Part shown: positions 1 through 6,693 of the stretch, piece by piece
How positions within the stretch are numbered: position 1 is the stretch's first letter
Layout: every line of letters starts with the position of its first letter
NCBI GenBank assembly: GCA_035301145.1
Contig: DATGUQ010000075.1
Coordinates: 686 to 64,685 of the forward strand
Source: Brachybacterium sp.
Lineage (GTDB): Bacteria > Actinomycetota > Actinomycetes > Actinomycetales > Dermabacteraceae
Direction: 5' to 3'
Length of the DNA stretch: 64,000 nt
Translations under genes and position numbers: made by a program
Notes under the pieces: model-generated
What the model saw: the letters and a program-made list of their open reading frames with translations, nothing else
What the model was told of the DNA's origin: nothing
Database searches by the model: none

Positions 1-1136
1 GCCAGCTGCGGGGTCCCCGCCCGGTGGACGGTCGCGCTCGCCGCATCGACCGCGAGCCGCAGGCAGCGGTCGATGACCTCGTCGAAGTGGACCGCCTCCT
101 GGGAGCCCTGCAGCAGCGACTCGTGCACCAGCGCGATCGTCGAGACCCGGCGCATCGCCTCGGCGAGCGCCTCGCGCGCCTCGTCCGTCTTCATCCGCCG
201 CGACTGCATGCGCAGCAGCGCCGCGACCGTCTGCAGGTTGTTCTTGACCCGGTGGTGGACCTCGCGGATCGTCGCGTCCTTGGTGATCAGCTCCCGCTCC
301 CGGCGCCGCAGCTCGGTCACGTCGCGCACCAGGATCACCGCACCGGTGCGGGCTCCCTGCTCCGTCAGCGGGACCGCCCGCAGCGACAGCGTGCCGCCCC
401 GGGCCTGCATGTCCGAACGCCAGGCCGCCCGACCCATCAGCACCAGGGGCAGCGATTCGTCGACCGTGCTGCGGGACTGCAGCACCTCGGTGGACAGCTC
501 GGCGAGCGTGACGCCCACCATGTCCCCCTCGATGCCGAAGCGGTGGAAGGCCGAGATGGCATTCGGCGAGATCCACTGCACCACGCCTGCCTCGTCGAGC
601 TCGACCACGCCGTCCCCCACCCGCGGCGCGCCGCGGCGGGGCGGGATCGGTGCTCCGGCGATGGGGAACGCGCCTGTCTCCAGCATGCGCAGCAGGCGCT
701 CGCCGAGACGGCGCTTCTGGGTCTCGTTGTGGGAGGTCCGGGCGTCGTCGACCGGGCTCTCCGCCGCCAGCACGGCGAGGGTGCGGCCCTCCTTGCGCAC
801 GGGGACCAGCAGCCCGGTCGCGGTGCGTCCCTCGCGCTCGATCGCGGTGGGCCGGTGGTGCGGCTCTCCCCCGGCCAGCAGCCGGGTGATCTCGGCGCTC
901 TCCTCCCCGTCGTCGCTGGGGCTGCCCACCGGGTCCTCGTAGTAGACGGTGGAGCCGGTGGCGGGGCGGCAGTGCGCCACGGCCAGGGGGCCCTGTTCCT
1001 CCTGGATCCACAGCACGAGGTCGGCGCGCAGCAGATCGGACAGCAGGTTCCAGTCACCGATCAGGTGCTGCAACCAGTCGGCCTCCTTCTCGGAGAGGGC
1101 TCGGTTGTCGGCGAGGAACTTGGACAGGCTCGGCAT
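1..1136 (-). CDS. pdtaS: Sensor histidine kinase, PdtaS/Rv3220c type (HisKA_2 family); 3' end runs off the window
   Basis: Manual minus-strand translation: MPSLSKFLAD...WLQHLIGDWNLLSDLLRADLVLW...ELITKDATIREVHHRVKNNLQTVAALLRMQSRR, containing the HisKA_2 H-box. ATG at 1136 lies 6 nt after TATCCT. Not listed in the ORF track. Confidence 0.85.
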   Translation of the reverse strand, partial: MPSLSKFLADNRALSEKEADWLQHLIGDWNLLSDLLRADLVLWIQEEQGPLAVAHCRPATGSTVYYEDPVGSPSDDGEESAEITRLLAGGEPHHRPTAIEREGRTATGLLVPVRKEGRTLAVLAAESPVDDARTSHNETQKRRLGERLLRMLETGAFPIAGAPIPPRRGAPRVGDGVVELDEAGVVQWISPNAISAFHRFGIEGDMVGVTLAELSTEVLQSRSTVDESLPLVLMGRAAWRSDMQARGGTLSLRAVPLTEQGARTGAVILVRDVTELRRRERELITKDATIREVHHRVKNNLQTVAALLRMQSRRMKTDEAREALAEAMRRVSTIALVHESLLQGSQEAVHFDEVIDRCLRLAVDAASATVHRAGTPQL

Positions 1137-1249
1137 GCACACAGGATAGGGGCCGGGCAGGAATGGCCCGCGACCGTCCCACCGTCATGGGCTCCGGGCT
1201 GCCCCTCTGCTCTAGGCTGAGCGCGCAACAGTTCCCAGGAAGGACCAGG

Positions 1250-1756
1250 ATGAAGCTTCGCGAGACGTTGACCCTCCCGTTGTCGGCAGCCGGAGCGATG
1301 GTGATGTACGCCGATCCGGAGTACACCGCGATCCGGCGCTCGACGCTCGGGGCCGCCCGGGCCGGGTCCTCGGTCGAGGGGTCTCCTGCCGGATCCTTCA
1401 CGGTGCGTACCGAGCTGTCGATGCCCACGGACCGGGTGCCGGACATGGTGCGGCCCTTCGTCGGCTCCTCGGTGACGATCCACGAGACGCAGAGCTGGTC
1501 GGCGCCGGAGGCCGACGGCGGACGCCAGGGCACGATGACGCTCGAGGTCGCCGGCACCCCGGCCGGGCTCACCGGCTCGCTGCGGCTGCGCCCGGGCGGG
1601 GAGGACAGCTGCAGCGTCGAGATCGACGGCGATCTGGTCGCGAAGATCCCGCTGCTGGGAGCGCGACTGGAGAAGGCCGCCATGCCCTACGTCTCCACCG
1701 TCCTGCGCGCCGAGGAGCGCTCCGCGCGCACCTACATGGAGGAGCACGCGGGCTGA
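1250..1756 (+). CDS. DUF2505 domain protein (SRPBCC-like)
   Basis: MKLRETLTLP...ETQSWSAP...IDGDLVAKIPLLGARLEK matches the DUF2505 pattern; AGGAAGGA upstream of ATG 1250. Confidence 0.75.
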   Translation: MKLRETLTLPLSAAGAMVMYADPEYTAIRRSTLGAARAGSSVEGSPAGSFTVRTELSMPTDRVPDMVRPFVGSSVTIHETQSWSAPEADGGRQGTMTLEVAGTPAGLTGSLRLRPGGEDSCSVEIDGDLVAKIPLLGARLEKAAMPYVSTVLRAEERSARTYMEEHAG

Positions 1757-1772
1757 CCCCGCCTACCACCCA

Positions 1773-1807
1773 GGGGCGGCGGGGCGGAGGCGGCTGCCCC
1801 TCGCCCC
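1773..1807. terminator. GC-rich hairpin between convergent genes, possible bidirectional terminator
   Basis: GGGGCGGCGGGGCGG-aggcgg-CTGCCCCTCGCCCC forms about 14 bp with one bulge and two G-U pairs; no U-tract. Confidence 0.4.
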
Positions 1808-1811
1808 GAGG

Positions 1812-2258
1812 TCAGGTGGTCGCGCCGATGTCCAGGAACGCGAGTGCGTCCTCTCCCTCGCCGGCGTCGAACCACAGCAGCGCAGGGTCCGTGTCATCGG
1901 CCTCCGCCTCCGCCGCGTCCTGTTCGGAGACATGGAAGCTGGCGATCCTCGCGGAGCGCCGCTGCCGCATCCGGATGCCGAAGGCGCCGCCCTCCTCGGT
2001 CGCCGCGTCGATGACGTCGTCGGGGGCGTCCGCAGCGATCACGAGCACCCGCTCGGAGCGCTCGGCGGCGGTGAAGGCGACGTGCACCGCGTCCTGCAGC
2101 GCCTCGTACTCGAGGTCCTCCTCATCCTGTCCGGGACGGTCCGCGCTCGCCTCAGAGGTGACCGCCCAGGCCGCCCGGCCCGGCTCGAGATCGATGAATG
2201 CCCGGCCCTCCCGGAGCACCGGTCGCTCCTGTGCGAGCAGGGGGAGATAGATCCTCAT
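1812..2258 (-). CDS. Conserved actinobacterial hypothetical protein (DUF6912-like)
   Basis: MRIYLP...AWAVT...DEEDLEYEAL...IASFHV...LLWFDAGE pattern. Confidence 0.7.
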   Translation of the reverse strand: MRIYLPLLAQERPVLREGRAFIDLEPGRAAWAVTSEASADRPGQDEEDLEYEALQDAVHVAFTAAERSERVLVIAADAPDDVIDAATEEGGAFGIRMRQRRSARIASFHVSEQDAAEAEADDTDPALLWFDAGEGEDALAFLDIGATT

Positions 2259-2262
2259 GGGG

Positions 2263-3498
2263 TCATCCTCTCACCGGCTCCGCAGCCTGCGGTGCCGGGA
2301 CCCCGGCGCGTCCCTCGCCCTGGACCGCGTTCGAGCCGGCGAGATCGCGCAGGCCGCGGCGCAGCGCAGAGCGCGGGGCGGACTCGGACAGCAGGGCCCC
2401 GTCCCAGACGGCGGTGCGGCACGCGACGGGATCGTCCGGGAGCAGGCTCAGCGAGCGCACCGGCATCCGCGTGCCGATCAGCTCCCGCAGCCGGTCCCCC
2501 GGCACAGGCGCGCCCACGCGGTTGACCACCACGTGGAGCTCCGTCACGCCGAGCTCCTCGAGCCGGGCCTGGTCGCGCAGGAGCCGCGTGATGCTCACCG
2601 GATCGGAGGAGACCACGGCGATCACCGCGTCCGCCGCCTCGATCGCGCTGAGCGCCGCGGCATTCCGCTGCGGTGCAGAGGTGTCGTAGCTGAGCTCCTC
2701 GTCCTCCTCCAGCACCGCAGCGACATCGGCGATGACCAGTTCCCCGCGGCGCGCGAGCGCTCCCCAGACCCCGTCGAGCGCGGTGCGGCGCAGCTCGCCC
2801 CAGCGCGCGGGCACACCGATCCCACTGAGCAGGCGCAGCCTCGGCTGGACCTGCGGCAGGAGAGAGTCCAGGGTCTCCTGGTCCAGGGTGTCACGGTCGT
2901 AGGCCCGTGCGGCGGCGACCAGTCCGGGCGCCTCGTCGAGCACCCCCAGCAGCTGACTCTGGGAGGGCCCGTAGGTGTCGGCGTCGACCAGGGTCGTCTC
3001 CCGGCCGGCCGCTGCGGCCTCGGCCGCGAGATTCACCGCGACCGTCGAACGGCCGGGGGCACCCATCGGCCCCCACACGGCGACCAGGCGGCCTGCGGTA
3101 CCGGGAGGATCCGCGGTCGTGGCTTCCTGGACCCAGGCCTCGGAGTCCTCCTGCTCCCCGCGCACCGCCGTCTCGATCGCGGCGAGGATCTCCTCGACCG
3201 GTGCGTCGGCGGGCACCATGTGGCGCAGACCGAGCGCCGTGGTGTCGGCGGCGTCGGCCGGGCGCATCCCCACCACCGCGGCATCGCGGAGCATCACCGA
3301 GAGCACGTCGCGCCCCAGGCCCCGGACCGTCATGTCGATGAGGACCACGTCCCCGATGCCGGCGGCGGTGACCGCGAGGGTCTCGGCGAGGTCGGCGCAG
3401 CGGCGCACCACTCTCGCGACCCCGTGCCGCTCCGTCGCGAGGTCGTGGACGATGCGCACCTCGTCGCTGCCCGAGGCGCACAGGACGATGTCGATCAC
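2263..3498 (-). CDS. MinD/ParA/CpaE-like P-loop ATPase with N-terminal receiver-like domain
   Basis: Deviant Walker A VWGPMGAPGRSTVAVNLA, LVDADTYG, VVVNRV; start overlaps the SAF gene stop (GTGA). Confidence 0.85.
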   Translation of the reverse strand: MIDIVLCASGSDEVRIVHDLATERHGVARVVRRCADLAETLAVTAAGIGDVVLIDMTVRGLGRDVLSVMLRDAAVVGMRPADAADTTALGLRHMVPADAPVEEILAAIETAVRGEQEDSEAWVQEATTADPPGTAGRLVAVWGPMGAPGRSTVAVNLAAEAAAAGRETTLVDADTYGPSQSQLLGVLDEAPGLVAAARAYDRDTLDQETLDSLLPQVQPRLRLLSGIGVPARWGELRRTALDGVWGALARRGELVIADVAAVLEEDEELSYDTSAPQRNAAALSAIEAADAVIAVVSSDPVSITRLLRDQARLEELGVTELHVVVNRVGAPVPGDRLRELIGTRMPVRSLSLLPDDPVACRTAVWDGALLSESAPRSALRRGLRDLAGSNAVQGEGRAGVPAPQAAEPVRG

Positions 3499-4136
3499 GG
3501 AGCCACCTCATGAGCCCCGGGGACGCCGATGACGTCCAGGCGCTCGTCCTGAGAGAGCACCTCGAGCACCTCGTCGAGGCTGTCGCTGGGCACGAGCACC
3601 TCGACCGACATCTCCCGCATGCCCAGTGAGCTCCCTTCGTCGACGCGGCGCACCACGGCGTCCGGCACCAGCAGGCGCGCCTCCGCCTCAGCCCCCTCCT
3701 CGACGGCCGGAGCGGTGTGCCACAGCTCCACCGTCGCCCCCGGGACGACGGACTCCGCCACGGACGCGTCGACCGGTATCACGACGGGGCGCAGCGGCAC
3801 CTCCCCCGCCTGGCCGATCGCCGACATCGGCACCAGCTCGCCGGCCCGGATCGTGCGCAGCGCCACGGTCCCCTCCGGGATCGCCTCGAGGGTGCCGACG
3901 TAGTGGTCGGTCTGCTCGCCGAGCCGCAGCTCGACCGTCGTCAGGTCCTCGGCCGTGATCGGCTCGCCGGGGACGATCGCCGAGCGGGCCACGAGCACCG
4001 GAGTGGTCTCGGACAGCCGCGAGACCAGCACCGCGCCCATCAGCACGCTCGCCACGACGAGGACGATGCCGACGATCAGCCGTGGGTCCTTCCATCGCGG
4101 CGTGCGCAGCCTCATCATCCCTGCCGTCGCCCCCAC
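3495..4136 (-). CDS. Membrane-anchored SAF domain protein (CpaB/FlgA-like)
   Basis: N-terminal TM after WKDPRL; SAF motifs VLVARSAIVPGEPITAEDL and ALRTIRAGELVP; GGAGGAG RBS before GTG. Confidence 0.8.
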   Translation of the reverse strand: MGATAGMMRLRTPRWKDPRLIVGIVLVVASVLMGAVLVSRLSETTPVLVARSAIVPGEPITAEDLTTVELRLGEQTDHYVGTLEAIPEGTVALRTIRAGELVPMSAIGQAGEVPLRPVVIPVDASVAESVVPGATVELWHTAPAVEEGAEAEARLLVPDAVVRRVDEGSSLGMREMSVEVLVPSDSLDEVLEVLSQDERLDVIGVPGAHEVAP

Positions 4137-4358
4137 TGCAGGCTCCTCCCCGTCGCCTCGACCGATGCTGTCCGTGTCTGACGGGAGGCTACGTCAGCCG
4201 GAGTGCCCGCGGGGGCCGGACGCGGAATTGTGGAGAACTCCGACGCGCCGCGACGTAGAGGCCGGCGCCGCCGTCCACAGCACCGACCCCGGTCGCGCAC
4301 GGGGATGAGACACTGTCAGCAGCCTCCCCTCAGGTGTGAACGACCGGAAGGACCGTCG

Positions 4359-4598
4359 ATGCCGCCACGTTTCGTACCGCTCAGCGATGTCGCCGAGATG
4401 CTCTCCATCTCCGCCTCCCAGGCCTATGCCCTGGTGCGGTCCGGCGAGCTGCGGGCGATCAAGATCGGCGGCCGCGGCCAGTGGCGGGTCGAGACCACGG
4501 AGATCGAGTCCTACATCCAGCGCAGCTACAGGGCCACGGCCAGCTATCTCGAGGAGGAGCGCCGGCAGGAGCGCGCGAAGGCACGCGGCGACTCCTGA
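4359..4598 (+). CDS. Small excisionase-like (HTH_17, BldC/Xis-type) DNA-binding protein
   Basis: MPPRFVPLSDVAEMLSISASQAYALVRSGELRAIKIGGRGQWRV; GAAGGA RBS upstream. Confidence 0.88.
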   Translation: MPPRFVPLSDVAEMLSISASQAYALVRSGELRAIKIGGRGQWRVETTEIESYIQRSYRATASYLEEERRQERAKARGDS

Positions 4599-4639
4599 CG
4601 GCACCGGCTGCGCACCGGTCCGTGCGGCTCCCCGACGGT

Positions 4640-5185
4640 TCAGCGCAGCTGAACCAGCCTCAGCGCGGAGAACGCCACGGTGAGCCGCTCCGACCCCGGT
4701 GAAGCCGTCCGCTCCCCCGTCGGCAGGGAACGGATGTCCAGCGCATCGGCGCCGACTGCGGCGATCCGCCCGGTGACGGCACCGCCGGCGGTCTCCAGGT
4801 GCACCATGCTGCGATCTCTGGCGATCTCGCGCAGCACCGACCCGAGCCCCCTCGCGGAGCTCGCGGAGTCCTCGGCGAGCCGGGCCCGCGACGGCAGCCC
4901 CTCGAGCATGACCACCGCCGCCAGAGGCACCACCGCACTGCGCCCGCCGCTGTCCGCGACGAGCGCGACCCACTGGTCCCCCACCTCCCGGACCACACCG
5001 CTCACGCGCACCGCGCCGCCGAGGTGCAGCGTCAGTCGGCGCCCCTCGGCCCCTCGGAGACGGTCGGCGAGCGTCAGCTGAGCCTGTTCGGCACGGGTGA
5101 GATCCTCGGAGACCGCCCGCGCCTCTTCCTGCTGATGGTGCGCGAACTGGCCCTCGAGGTCCTCGAAGATCCGCTCGAATCTCAT
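4640..5185 (-). CDS. Conserved hypothetical protein with two similar beta-rich repeats (Sm/LSm-like pattern)
   Basis: MRFERIFEDLEGQF start; ATG lies 6 nt after TACAGT; internal duplication visible in the translation. Confidence 0.75.
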   Translation of the reverse strand: MRFERIFEDLEGQFAHHQQEEARAVSEDLTRAEQAQLTLADRLRGAEGRRLTLHLGGAVRVSGVVREVGDQWVALVADSGGRSAVVPLAAVVMLEGLPSRARLAEDSASSARGLGSVLREIARDRSMVHLETAGGAVTGRIAAVGADALDIRSLPTGERTASPGSERLTVAFSALRLVQLR

Positions 5186-5275
5186 GGCGCCACTGTAGGC
5201 GCCGGGCCGCGGGACGGGCTCGGGCAGCACTTTCCCTCCCCAGCCCTGCGGAGTCCACACGCCCCCGTACTCCCA

Positions 5276-5304
5276 TTGCGAAACAGATCACAGACGACTA
5301 CTTT
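5276..5304 (+). promoter_or_regulatory. Sigma-A-like promoter for the LysM/Rv3235 operon
   Basis: TTGCGA (5276-5281), 17-nt spacer, TACTTT (5299-5304), in an AT-enriched intergenic stretch. Confidence 0.6.
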
Positions 5305-5313
5305 GCCTCTACA

Positions 5314-5358
5314 GTGACTGAGTCACATCAAACTCGATCAAACTGCATCTGAACGCAT
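5314..5358 (+). repeat. Inverted repeat followed by three 10-bp-phased direct repeats (putative operator)
   Basis: GTGACT-g-AGTCAC (5314-5326), then ATCAAACTCG / ATCAAACTGC / ATCTGAACGC (5327-5356). Confidence 0.65.
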
Positions 5359-5403
5359 GGTCACGACAGCTGCGCGGGCAGAGCACAGTCCCCAGGAGGA
5401 TCC

Positions 5404-6294
5404 ATGCGCGATGACGACACGTCGACCCCGGCCGTCAGCCGGCCCGGAACGAGCCTGCTGGGGGCAGCGACCGCGGTGTGCGGTGCCGTCGCCATGGGCG
5501 CCTCGGCGCGATCGCTCCACGGACTGGCGCAGACGGCCCACGGCGGCGAGACACTGGTCATCTGGGTGCTGCTGGCTCTCGCGGGTCTCGGTGCGCTCCT
5601 CTGCCTCTACCTCGCAGCGGTCTGGGGCCTGGCGGCCGCGATCCTGCTGGCCGGTCCGGCCAGCCGCACCGGCACGGCGCTGCTCGGTGCGCTGCGGGTC
5701 CTCGCACCCCGCGTGGCTCGACGCCTTGCGAACGGCGCTGCGATCGCGACCGCCACCACCGCTCTCACGCTCGCCCCCGGGATCGCCAGCGAGCACCACT
5801 TCGGCACGGATCCCGATGCGGCCGACGGCTCGTCCGCCCAGGCTGTCGAGCAGCTCTGGGCGGAAGTGCCTCCGACGGATCCCACGCCGGAAGCCGCAGC
5901 CCCGTCCCGCAGCGACCCGGGCGCGGGCAGCTCGGGCACCGGCGCTCCCCTTCCTCCGCTGGGCTGGGGCGACGGCTCCGCACCGTCCACCGGCAACGAT
6001 CCCGCCCCTCCAGCCACGGACCCCGGCGGCGCGGACCGCCGCGACACCGGCGCCGGCACGAGCGGCCCCGCCCCCGCATCGACTCGCACCGTCGTCGTCC
6101 ACCCGGGCGACAGCCTGTGGAGCATCTCGGACGATCTGCTCGGGCCGGGAGCGTCGGACCCCGCGCAGATCGCGGCCGCCTGGCCGCTCCTGCACGACAC
6201 CAACCGGGACGTGATCGGCGACGACCCCGATCAGCTCCGCCCCGGTCAGCAGCTCACCGTCCCCACCGATCTGACCACCCAGGACGTGTCATGA
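5404..6294 (+). CDS. Membrane protein with C-terminal LysM peptidoglycan-binding domain
   Basis: Hydrophobic N-terminal segments, Pro/Ala/Gly linker, then LysM VVVHPGDSLWSI...NRDVIGDDPDQLRPGQQLTVP; AGGAGG RBS. Confidence 0.88.
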   Translation: MRDDDTSTPAVSRPGTSLLGAATAVCGAVAMGASARSLHGLAQTAHGGETLVIWVLLALAGLGALLCLYLAAVWGLAAAILLAGPASRTGTALLGALRVLAPRVARRLANGAAIATATTALTLAPGIASEHHFGTDPDAADGSSAQAVEQLWAEVPPTDPTPEAAAPSRSDPGAGSSGTGAPLPPLGWGDGSAPSTGNDPAPPATDPGGADRRDTGAGTSGPAPASTRTVVVHPGDSLWSISDDLLGPGASDPAQIAAAWPLLHDTNRDVIGDDPDQLRPGQQLTVPTDLTTQDVS

Positions 6295-6692
6295 CCACCA
6301 CCGACCAGCGCCCCGCACATCCGGACACCCGCACCGCCGCTCCGGCTCCGGACGATCCGCGAGCGGTCGGACCGCTGATCGCGCCCGTCGCCCGGCGCGC
6401 CGTCGAGATCATCCGCGACATGCGTCCGGAGAACTCCCTGTCGCGGGTGATCACCCCTGAGGTCGCTCAGCAGCTCGCGCGGCGTGCGGCGCTCACCCGG
6501 CGGCTGCGCGCGACCACCGGGTACGCGCCGCCGCGCCAGCTGATGGTGACCGGCGTGCGCCAGTGCGTGGTCAACGATCACACGGTCGAGGCCAGCTGCG
6601 TCCTGCGCGAGCCGGACCGTGCACGGTTCCTCGCGATGCGCTGGGAGCTGCGCCACACCGGATGGCGCGTGACCGTGCTGGAGATCGGCTGA
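6291..6692 (+). CDS. Rv3235 family protein (DUF6459-like)
   Basis: AVEIIRDMRP...VEASCVL...RARFLAMRWE...WRVTVLEIG; ATGA overlap with the LysM gene; usual position convergent on secA. Confidence 0.8.
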   Translation: MTTTDQRPAHPDTRTAAPAPDDPRAVGPLIAPVARRAVEIIRDMRPENSLSRVITPEVAQQLARRAALTRRLRATTGYAPPRQLMVTGVRQCVVNDHTVEASCVLREPDRARFLAMRWELRHTGWRVTVLEIG

Positions 6693-6693
6693 C

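Noticed and set aside
24-1220. 398-aa plus-strand ORF at the window start
   Set aside because: Antisense shadow of the minus-strand PdtaS-type kinase, which has a clear H-box.
4359-4598. Excisionase-like gene as a sign of a prophage or integrative element
   Set aside because: No integrase, att repeats, tRNA or phage genes nearby; the context is core chromosome.
5313-5327. GTGA-N5-TCACA as a CRP site
   Set aside because: The spacer is 5 nt rather than 6; kept only as a generic dyad.
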